Shown piece by piece: positions 54,078 to 64,000 of a stretch of DNA of 64,000 nt. Source of the stretch: Schmidtea polychroa (lineage: Eukaryota). The stretch lies in the NCBI GenBank assembly GCA_044892525.1, contig CM097885.1, positions 45,882,001-45,946,000 on the forward strand, in the 5' to 3' direction. A program made the translations under genes and the position numbers. The notes beneath the pieces were generated by a model. The model saw only the letters and a program-made list of their open reading frames with translations, had not been told where the DNA came from and searched no databases. How positions within the stretch are numbered: the stretch's first letter is position 1; each line of letters opens with the position of its first letter.

Positions 54078-54731
54078 ATGATTTCAACAAGTAACACTGT
54101 TGAATATGAATGTATAAATCACAAAACACATTTGGTAACTTTATTATTTTGTCAATATTTTTATGTATGTCATTTATAGCAAGGAAATCTTACTAGAAAT
54201 AAGGAAATATTAAGTCCAACCTATTCCGAAGATAAGCGTTCATTGACATTTTTCAACACAGTTGAAGATTTTATAAATAATCATGATACTTACACTGATA
54301 AGGAAATTATAAATATTTTAAAAATTTTTAAACATTCCTCTATTCAATATTTGATTGATTTATTTAATTATGATAAATGCATTTTAAAGTTATCTAGTTA
54401 TTTAATGTATTTAGAAAAAACAGTGGTAAACAACGATTCACTGAATGAATACTTTTGGAGTTACATGTATTTAAGGTTGAAACCGGGATATAGTAGATTG
54501 ATTTTTGAATGGATAGCAAAAGCCGACTTGATTGAAAATAAGCTAACGGAAAAACTGAACGATGTTAAGAAAAGGTATTTAACTTGTTCAATTTGTAAAG
54601 AAAATCAAGTTTCGGTTTTGTATTTACCGTGTGGTCACGTAATTGTTTGTTCTAAGTGTCACGAGAAGAATGTTCACAATTGTCAAGCCTGTTCAACACT
54701 GATTAATGAATATCATACTATATACATGTAA
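54078..54731 (+). CDS. IAP-type C3HC4 RING protein; predicted exons 54078-54134 and 54180-54731
   Basis: C-terminal CSIC...YLPCGH..VCSKC......CQAC...I..IY. A 45-nt GTAACT...TTTATAG intron joins ATG 54078 in frame and removes an in-frame TAG. Confidence 0.72.
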
Positions 54732-56407
54732 GTTCTCAATACAAATCAATACAATATCAAAGTCAAATGAATTATTACCATCCATAATGACGGTACTATA
54801 ATGTAGAAAATTTTCAAACATTGAATAATATGAAATCATCTTGGTAATTAAATATATTGGGCGCAACTACCAAATGGTGATGATATGATGAAGGGATACC
54901 CATGAGTTCATCAAAATGGGAAAAAGATCTTCTCAAGAACCATCAAAATGCTCGAAAAGAAGAAGAAACCCTAACCAATATTTTAAAGTTGCCATTATAT
55001 GTTGCAGTAGTATTGGTTATTACTGTTTCGTAAATAAATGTTTTAATTTGTTTTTATAAATTTATTGTTTTATTCTAATACTTTTTGATTAAAACATTCC
55101 TTATTAATTCATTTTGTTTTAATATTTGTATTAATTTTTGAAATAGTGATATTTATATATATGGAAATTTACAATTCATGAAATATTCATAATGATGCTT
55201 TTCTCTGTCCATTCATTCTCATCTGATATTACTGCCATAATCATCTTCGACATAATGCAAATATAATATTTCTAATGTCTTTGTTAATCATGGCCATTTA
55301 TTGCAAAGTCTTTGTTAATTATGCACTTGTATTGCAAATTTATTAGTCATACAATCATATTATTTTTTCATGCCCTGTCATAATATTATTATTTTTAATT
55401 TTATTATTATGATTATTTTATTTAACAATACCATATAGCAAATTTTTAGGCAATTTAGTGAAAAGTACGTGGTTATTTTAAATATAGGAATTTCTTAAGT
55501 AAAATATTTCCAGATAAATTTACCAATTTAGTTAGAAATCCATGTTTTTGGTTGTACCATTTAATTAAAATATCCTTGGATTCATAACAATTTTTATATA
55601 GTTGATACATATACCAATTATTTAACTTGAAACATAACAGAATTCGTAGGTAATATAGAATTTTTGTGTATTTTTTTAGTTAATTTATAAATATTATCTG
55701 ACATTTTGATGTATCAATGCAATATACAACAAATTAATCAATAAAAACTATAGCATATTGTAAGTTTTTATATATAGTCTGAATTTATCCGATAAAATAT
55801 TCTGTTCCCTTATGTGTATTTGTCGTAAGGGTACTGGTCATATTCAATATTTCACAAGGGTATATTAATTAAGGCATATGTATATTAGTTAAACATTCTT
55901 AGGTAATTTAGTGAGAAATGCATAATCATTAATAACAACATATATTCATTGATAATTTTGGTAGAAAGTCTTTATCATTTGGAGTAAATTTCTGTCTTTG
56001 TTCGAGTCAAAAAAAGGAGTCATAATAGAAACATGATCATTTGGTTATCATCTAACCAATTAAGGTGCTCATTAGTTAGAAATATAGGGTTACAATTCTT
56101 TTCTAATTTAATGAGATGATCATTGGGTGTAATATATCTTTGTGAGAAATATATGGTTAACATTTTTAAATAGGGATTTTTGAGTAACCAAAACAGGGAT
56201 ATTTTGTGTGAATAATTTAAGAATATTGGTTAATTTTCTCTTTTTTAGTCATTTAAAATAATATTTAACAAAGGTAATTTAGCAAAATATCATTGAAAGA
56301 TTTATCCATTCGATAACAATATTCCTTCAATAGATTTTACCCTTTATTCAACCGATTTAATTTCTAGAAATTAATTAAAATCATGTAAAATTCAATTTTA
56401 TTTAAAG

Positions 56408-59400
56408 GTGGAATTTATAAAAGATGATGAGTTACAATCTTTTGTAATCTCGAATTCCGCCCGAGTTTGGAGCGATACATTCATTGACGAAGGTATTGCT
56501 CGTTTAAATGAAAAAATAATTAAAATTAATGAGAAAGGTAGTAATTGGACTATCAATAAAATAGAATACATAAGCTTTGTTCTTACTAAATTTGCTGAAA
56601 TAAGTCGGTTAAGTGGTAGAAGTTTTATTGAAACCCCAAAATCTTTAAGAAACGTAAGCTGTCTCGTTAATGTAGTTAATAATGACCACTTCTGTTTTTT
56701 GTATAGTTTCTTGTCAATTATTAAATATGACAGTATAAATAGGCAATATAGAAATCGTCCTAATTCATACAATCTTTCTGAAATTAAATTTGATCCTAAT
56801 GATATGCCGATGAAAATATCAAATATAAGTAAATTTGAACAACAAAATCCGGGTTATAGTATTAATGTTCTTACTTATAACGAAAAGGCTTTGATTGACA
56901 TTTCCGATGAAGATGCAGTTATGAAACATCCCTTTATTGATATAATATACAGGAGTAAGATAGTAGGAGCCATACCTATCAATTTATTATTAATCGAAAA
57001 GAATGATAATTATCATTATCTTGGAATCACAAACCTAAATAGGTTCCTTAATTGTAGGAATAGTTCAATCACTCCTGTTAGGATTTGTAATCAGTGGTGT
57101 CCTAGATGTTTAAACGGTTTTAGAAATGATGACGCTTTTAATAGACATAAGGGTCTTTGCGATAAAAATCAGCTTGGTACTACCTTGTACACATTGCCTA
57201 AAAATAAATATTTAGAATTTACTGATTGGAGTAAAACAGTTACTCCTCCCTTTGTTATTTACGCTGACTTTGAGGCTATCTTACCTAAAGACACTCGCTA
57301 CTTTCAACGTCATCTGCCTATTTCTGCCGGTATGCTTTTTATTAATAATTTCACGGGCGTAAAAATTTATAAGTCGTTCACCGGTTTAGATTGTGTCGAT
57401 CAATTTCTTACTGAAATTGAAATGATAGGGAAATATATTGTAACTCCGTATTATTATAAAAATTATCAAAAGAAAATGATAATTACAGATGAGCAACAAT
57501 TAATGTTTGAAAACAGCACATCATGTTATTTGTGCAATAAGCCTTTAGTTAGTCCAGTTAGGGACCATGATCATTTTACCGGTCTATATCTTGGTGCCGC
57601 TTGTACAACTTGTAATCTGTCGAGGCAAATTAGACATACCCTTCCTGTAGTATTTCATAATTTAAAGGGTTATGATCTGCATCATATCTTGAAATTTGGC
57701 CTTTCAAAATATCATTCATGGAATATTAGTTGTATTCCTTTAACCAGCGAGAAATTCCTTAGTCTTTTTGCTAGGATTGACTCATTAACTGTTAAATTTA
57801 TAGACTCTTATCAATTTGTCAGCGAGTCTTTAAATAATGCTGTCAAAACTTTATCATCTTTACCCTTGACCGAATCAGAATTTCAGGGTACAATAATAAC
57901 TGCAAAGGGAATTTTTCCTTATGATGCCGCAACTTCATTAGAGGTTTTACATAACACTCGTCAGTTACCTCCTATTTGGAAAGATGTGACTCCCGCTGAA
58001 TATGAGTCAGCTCAGCGAATTTGGGTTGAAACTTCATGTACTTCACTTTTCGATTACATGATGGTTTATTTAAAACTTGATGTTTTCCTTTTAGCCGATT
58101 TTTTCCAGCAATTTAGAGCTAAGTCCATTGCTCATAACCGACTAGAGCCATTAAATTTCTTAGGGATTCCAGGTATGTCTTGGAATTCAGCCTTATTAAC
58201 TTTAAACTCTCCAATTGAGCTCCTCACCGATATGGAGATGTATAACTTTTTCGAGGGCGGTATCCGTGGCGGACTAACTTTTGTAAATAAACATTATGTA
58301 AAAACAGATCCGGATACCGCTTTGCTTTACATAGATATAAATAATTTATACGGTTGGGCTTTAAGTCAACCATTACCTTGCAGTGACTTTGAATGGGTTA
58401 CTGATGATAATTTATTAAATAATATAATTGTTGAATGCACAACGGTAGATTTAGATCTGCTTGATTATGGTTATACCATAGAAGTCGATTTAGAAATACC
58501 GACGTCAATTCACGACAAACTGGACGATCTTCCCGTTGCCGCTGAAAAGATGTGTGTACCGGGTTCGAAAATAGAGAAGCTGTTGCTTACACACAGCCCA
58601 AAGAGGAACTACGTTCTTCATTGGAGGCTTCTACAAATATTTATTAAATTAGGTGTTAAAATATCAAAAACACATAGAGCAATTAAATTTAAACAAGATA
58701 AAATTTTCAAAAATTATATTAACACAAATACGGCGTTACGAGCAGCGTCGACAAATAAACTCGATAAAAATTTTTATAAATTATTAAACAACAGTCTTTA
58801 CGGCAAGACTGTTGAAAATCTTAAAAAACGTATTAATTTACGTCTGTGTAATTCTTCACAGAGATTATTAACATTCTGTTCGAAACCGACTTTTCGTAAA
58901 TCCACGAAAATCGATGATGACTTGATTTCGATTTTATTGAGGAAGGACATAGTGTGTTTGAATAGACCTAGTTACATTGGTCAAACCGTACTTGATTTAT
59001 CCAAACTCAGAATGTACCAGCTGCAGTATGAAGAGTTGCAAAAATATCGCGACGAATTCAACTGCGAAATTAATATCGTTGCTGGAGACACAGATTCCTT
59101 CTTCTTGGAAATTAAACATTGTAGTCTTGACATTCTTTTACCTGCGATGATTAGAGATCAATTAATAGATACTTCGAATTATGACCCAAATCATCCTTTA
59201 TATAGTAGGAACCTTGATTCTGTCATTGGTAAATTCAAAGACGAGAATAAAGGGTTATTATATAAAGATTGGGTGTTCTTGAGACCTAAATGTTACAGTT
59301 TGATGGGTGATGAGGAAAGTATGAAGGCTAAGGGGATAAGTATGAAAGATACTGGACTAACACATCAGTCGTATCTAGATTGTTATTTAAATGATAAAAT

Positions 59401-59656
59401 ATACACAGTCCCTCAGTTTAGAATAACGTCAAAAAATCACCAACTTTTTAGTATTAAAAATAATAAAAGAGCCTTGACATGTAGAGATGATAAGCGAAAT
59501 TGGGTGGATAAAAATCAAAGTTTGGCATATGGCCATTATAGGGGCGGTGACACCGTTATATTTATAGATTCAACGGAAGCTATCTCAGCAGATGATACAG
59601 ATGATTTCCATGATCCAGCAGATGATAATTATTTTGGACATGATTATTTTCGATGA
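56408..59656 (+). CDS. polB: Protein-primed family B DNA polymerase, uninterrupted ORF; true 5' end unresolved
   Basis: NNDHFCFLYS, YADFEA, RDHDH..G...GAAC..CN, FHNLKGYD, KGIFPYD, YIDINNLYG, KLLNNSLYGKT, GDTDS, GKFKDE, DDKR. Confidence 0.95.
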   Translation: MEFIKDDELQSFVISNSARVWSDTFIDEGIARLNEKIIKINEKGSNWTINKIEYISFVLTKFAEISRLSGRSFIETPKSLRNVSCLVNVVNNDHFCFLYSFLSIIKYDSINRQYRNRPNSYNLSEIKFDPNDMPMKISNISKFEQQNPGYSINVLTYNEKALIDISDEDAVMKHPFIDIIYRSKIVGAIPINLLLIEKNDNYHYLGITNLNRFLNCRNSSITPVRICNQWCPRCLNGFRNDDAFNRHKGLCDKNQLGTTLYTLPKNKYLEFTDWSKTVTPPFVIYADFEAILPKDTRYFQRHLPISAGMLFINNFTGVKIYKSFTGLDCVDQFLTEIEMIGKYIVTPYYYKNYQKKMIITDEQQLMFENSTSCYLCNKPLVSPVRDHDHFTGLYLGAACTTCNLSRQIRHTLPVVFHNLKGYDLHHILKFGLSKYHSWNISCIPLTSEKFLSLFARIDSLTVKFIDSYQFVSESLNNAVKTLSSLPLTESEFQGTIITAKGIFPYDAATSLEVLHNTRQLPPIWKDVTPAEYESAQRIWVETSCTSLFDYMMVYLKLDVFLLADFFQQFRAKSIAHNRLEPLNFLGIPGMSWNSALLTLNSPIELLTDMEMYNFFEGGIRGGLTFVNKHYVKTDPDTALLYIDINNLYGWALSQPLPCSDFEWVTDDNLLNNIIVECTTVDLDLLDYGYTIEVDLEIPTSIHDKLDDLPVAAEKMCVPGSKIEKLLLTHSPKRNYVLHWRLLQIFIKLGVKISKTHRAIKFKQDKIFKNYINTNTALRAASTNKLDKNFYKLLNNSLYGKTVENLKKRINLRLCNSSQRLLTFCSKPTFRKSTKIDDDLISILLRKDIVCLNRPSYIGQTVLDLSKLRMYQLQYEELQKYRDEFNCEINIVAGDTDSFFLEIKHCSLDILLPAMIRDQLIDTSNYDPNHPLYSRNLDSVIGKFKDENKGLLYKDWVFLRPKCYSLMGDEESMKAKGISMKDTGLTHQSYLDCYLNDKIYTVPQFRITSKNHQLFSIKNNKRALTCRDDKRNWVDKNQSLAYGHYRGGDTVIFIDSTEAISADDTDDFHDPADDNYFGHDYFR

Positions 59657-59871
59657 TGTGTTTAAATTATTTAATAAATGTATTAGTCATATTGTCTTGA
59701 ATATTTTTTAACTTTGTGAACAATTTTTATACATTGTGTGTAATAATAATATGTTAAAGTTTTGTTAGTTACCTTTACCCAGTGTGTTAATAAATTTTAG
59801 TGTATATTTAAAGTATAATTTCTTTGTTAATGTCTTGAATATTTTTAGCAGTACATTTGTGACCTTTACCT

Positions 59872-59929
59872 TGTGAGCAGTACCCATAGGGGGACAAAAT
59901 ATCTTGTCGGATAGACTCGGAGTATATAG

Positions 59930-60012
<83 letters not shown>

Positions 60013-60447
60013 CATTGCGAGTTGTTGAGCGTGACCAGTACCCTTACGAGCAGTACCCATAGGGGGACAGAATATTTTGTCGGATAGACTCGGAGTATAT
60101 AGATTAATAATAATAATAATTATATGACCTTGAAAATGGTCTCGGGAAAACGATAATAACTTTGTCAATATTAATGATGATGATACCTTCAATAGCTCAT
60201 TCGAAAGGTCTTGGATTGAGCTTGAAAATGATCTATCGATGAATAATTTTCGTTGGCGGGAACTTTGAAAAAATTAAAAAATAAAATAATAATATTTTTT
60301 AAAAATAATAATATGACCTTGATGAGTCATCACGATGAGTCATATGTCTTCGTTTAAAAATACCCCCGGGGGTATGACTCATATGTCTTTGTGACATCAT
60401 CGATGACGTCATATGTCTTTTTTCCCGACTCCACACAATACCCTACT
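59872..60447 (-). repeat. Right TIR of minimal element
   Basis: Reverse complement of the left TIR; only two 13-bp units. Confidence 0.92.
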
Positions 60448-61011
60448 TCGGTAGAGAAGAGTAATTAATATTTACCTTTGTTTCATGACGTATCTAAAAA
60501 CCAACATATGTATTCAAAAAATAATAAATCAGTATTATATATATGTAGCAATAGAATTTTAAATGAGTCAAATAGTCTCAGTCCGTAAATCTAGTGTAAA
60601 GTAACTGATGGGCTTTATTTGGTAATCAAGGGTCTAAAATTTTAAATTAAAGTAAATTAATGTAATAAGTAATAATTTAAATTGTCAGATATTTAGAAAA
60701 CTAACAATCGCTGAAAAATGACAATTTTAGATGCAAATTTTTATGAAATAAATTTCAAAGACAAAATTAAATACAAATTATTTTGAAATTAATTTCAAAG
60801 ACAGATTTCAATTGACTTCTACTAATAATAATAATAATAATAGTAATAATAATAATAATTCAACAACTAAAGATAACAAGTACTTTAAACATATAAAAAT
60901 AACAACAATTAATGACAAAGTTTATTTAGTAATAATCTTCGTCATCCGTTAACAAGACATCGTCTATGTCTATAAGTTCTACCTCATTGACTTCTGGTTC
61001 ATTGATTTCAT

Positions 61012-61315
61012 TTAATTCTGGTTATTAGTAATATTTAAACTTACATGCCCATCTGCATAACGTTTATTTTTACCCACCCAAACCCTTTTGACATCATTAT
61101 TAGTTAGTGCAAGTTTTGAATTTTTGAAACTATATAATTGGTTATTTTTTGTACCTATACGAAATTGAGATACTGAAAAAATGATGTTTTTATTAAAACA
61201 ATCCTTATAAGATCCATGGTTGAGTTTAGTATCTTTCAAAGACACGCCCTTTTCTTTTAAACATTTAGATTTTCCTAATAATCTTTAACACTTAGGTCTT
61301 AAGAATACCCACTCT
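61012..61315 (-). pseudogene. C-terminal relic of a third pPolB related to 56408-59656
   Basis: EWVFLRPKC*...KGVSLKDTKLNHGSYKDC...QFRI..KNNQLYS....KLALT..DVKR.WV.KN....GH aligns by eye with the neighbouring pPolB C-terminus. Confidence 0.85.
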
Positions 61316-63895
61316 CCTACTAGCTAATGTAGATTAAAGGATAACATTCACCTTTTTATAGGTTTTTTTTATTAAATTCAGATATCAATAAAATTACATT
61401 AATTGGTACAGTGCATATTATGTGCACAGTAACCCAAAATAGTCAGCCAAAAATTCAAAATAAAAAAACTTATGTAACCAGATAAAAATGGACAAGGGCG
61501 GCATGTTTTAGTTTCGCCCCAGGCGGCACTTTGCATCATTACGCCACTGTATAGTGACTATACTATAGTCATTTAGAGCTGCATATAGTTGGAATGAGTT
61601 GGAAATAAATGAACAAATTTTACGCAGCCTGTTCTGGGTTTCAGGCATTATAATAAATGCTAGATTGGCTGATATGGCATTAGAGTTCAAAGCTACTTTC
61701 ACAAATTTTTAAATACAGAATAACATAACTTTAATTGTCAGCAATTGTAATACAAAGTAAGTCAAATATGGTAATAAAAAATTTATTATCATTTGAAAAA
61801 CTCATCGTTGTCAAATCGAATACTTAAACAACTCCGCTTGTGATTTCATTACTAATGTAATTATAAATTACTTACAAAAAATTTTAGTTACTTTATTTAT
61901 ATCTTAAATGTGACAATTAATTTAAATTTAATTTAATATTAATTAACCTTAAACATTAAGATTGTGCAACAATGGGAAATTTTATTGCGAAAGTAATCAA
62001 ATTTAAAAAACCTAATTAGATTCTTGTTTCAGCTTTCTAACTCAACAGATTAATAAAAAATTATATTGTTAAATATTTACAGTAATTATTTAATGGAAAT
62101 TAGACATGTGTTATATCGCACGAAACTTCATGATTAATAATGCAAAACTGCAATTGAGACTAAAAAAATTTCTAGTTAGTCCAAATATTTTACAATTCAC
62201 TGGACAATTATTACTAAATTTTCTCAAATAAATATAAAATAAAAACACACACTATTTATAATTAATGAGTAGGTACTTTTTCTGATTGTAATATTATTTA
62301 TAATAATTAAAATCGTAATTTTTCGTTAAAGTTTATCAAAGCTCAGGCGTTTTATGAATTTTACGGGCCTGAGGTCATTTAAAATTATAGGCCCCGTAGT
62401 GAGCAAAAGTTTTTTTATACACCAAACTATTAAATTTTCATTAATTTCTAATTAAGTTATTTACAATTATTTGTAAATTATGTTATTTTAAGAAATTTAC
62501 AAAATGGTTCTGATTTTAGGATCAAGTTCAATTTGAAGATAAAATATTTTAAACTGAAAGAAATAAAAAGGTTGAATCAAGTAAAAGACGTCCAAAAAAT
62601 TAATAAATTATAATTAAATTTAATAAAAATAATAGTAATAAAATGATTTTAAATTATACATTTTATTTTTAAGTATTAGAAAATCGACTCACAATTTTTC
62701 AAAAGTCATCGCCCATTTTATTATCTTTCCAAATATATAAATTAAAAATATTCAAACAAATTTATTAATATTTCAATAATAAAAAGACTGAACTGGGGCG
62801 TCTTTTTACTTGAGCCAAAAATTTTATGTATAATTTTTAATTATTAGTAATAAATAATTTTATATTATTATCTTAAGTTATAATTTCTTATCGTGTAACA
62901 AATATTACATAGTAATTAGAAAATTTCTAATATTTGTGTTTTAAAATAAGCATATCTCCGACAATATTTAATAATTTACTCTGGAGAGTGATTGAGCCTA
63001 CCAATGGCCCTGCTTTTTAATAATAAAATTTTAAAAATAAGAAACTTGCCTAGACTCAATTTTTCCATATTCTGCCTCTGGCCTCACACAGCTTGTTTTG
63101 ATTTCATTAATAATTTTCAATGAATAAAAATCATTTTAATATTAAAGATTAATAAAACAAAACAAATGGTTAAATATAAAAAATAAGATTGGTGGAATTT
63201 GATAGAATTTGATAAAAATGATCAATTTAGGTAGGTTGGTAGATGATTATGGATACATAAAATGAACCCCTATATGCTTCATCAATCAACATTATATAAT
63301 TTAACTATAAAATAATGATCTAGTTGCACTTTTACATTGTGAAATTGATGTACTGGAATTATCCTTTGCCTGTATATTACTTTACAAATAGTTTCATTCC
63401 AAATCATCAAGACATTTTTTATAAATTTAAAAATTTCAGGCATCTATTTGTTTATATACAATTTCCTGGAGGTCACATGGACTGGAAAGTACTCTTTTTA
63501 TTTTACTATTGAATTTCTTATATAGATTTGACTTACAATGCTTTATTTATTTATAATGTTTTATTTGTTTTGAAATAAGGTTTTTTTGATTAAATTATAA
63601 ACATAAAATCAATTAAAATTTTATAAAAACAAAAAAAAATTTTACAACCATTTTCTGTCAATTAGAAGTTTAGCCAGAATTTTTTTTAATTATTTCATAA
63701 TAATTATAAAAAGCAAATTTTCTATAACTAATTCAATTAATTTCTGAATGTTGTTTTGTTTCAAACGTAGCCAATTCGTTTCAAATGCATCTAAAACAAT
63801 TGAGAATTTCAGTAAAAAAAATTCTTTGCGAATCTTAAAACGCCAGTTTTTATCAGTTTTGTTTTAAATTACCATGGTTATTATTTCATTTTAAA

Positions 63896-64000
<105 letters not shown>

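Overview
AT-rich, repeat-dense eukaryotic (probably animal) genomic DNA with no intact host protein gene; almost all of it is nested mobile DNA. The main feature is a complete 15.5-kb Polinton/Maverick (adintovirus-like) element at 8776-24248. It has ~1.15-kb TIRs and a 6-bp TSD (AATGGC) and is inserted into a Tigger/pogo transposase gene. It encodes pPolB, packaging ATPase, adenain protease, major and minor capsid proteins, a core-like protein, a fiber-like protein and a ZnF-PLA2-integrase fusion; several genes carry small lesions. The element also carries an array of ~72-nt tRNA-like RNA polymerase III genes (A box, B box, oligo-T terminator): four at the right end, two of them mirrored in the left TIR. 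These resemble adenovirus VA RNAs in design and are the best candidate for an undescribed system. A second 7.3-kb element (53145-60447) has AGT termini and a 6-bp TSD (TCGGTA) but encodes only an uninterrupted pPolB and an intron-containing IAP-type RING gene, with no integrase or capsid. Also present: a degenerate 28S rDNA fragment interrupted in antisense by an RLE-type non-LTR retrotransposon, a minimal hammerhead ribozyme, a solo LTR in a (TAA)n tract, Gypsy, MULE and Merlin relics, many hAT/piggyBac/Tigger MITEs with visible TSDs, and HSP90 relics. All calls are by-eye motif recognition; no searches were run.
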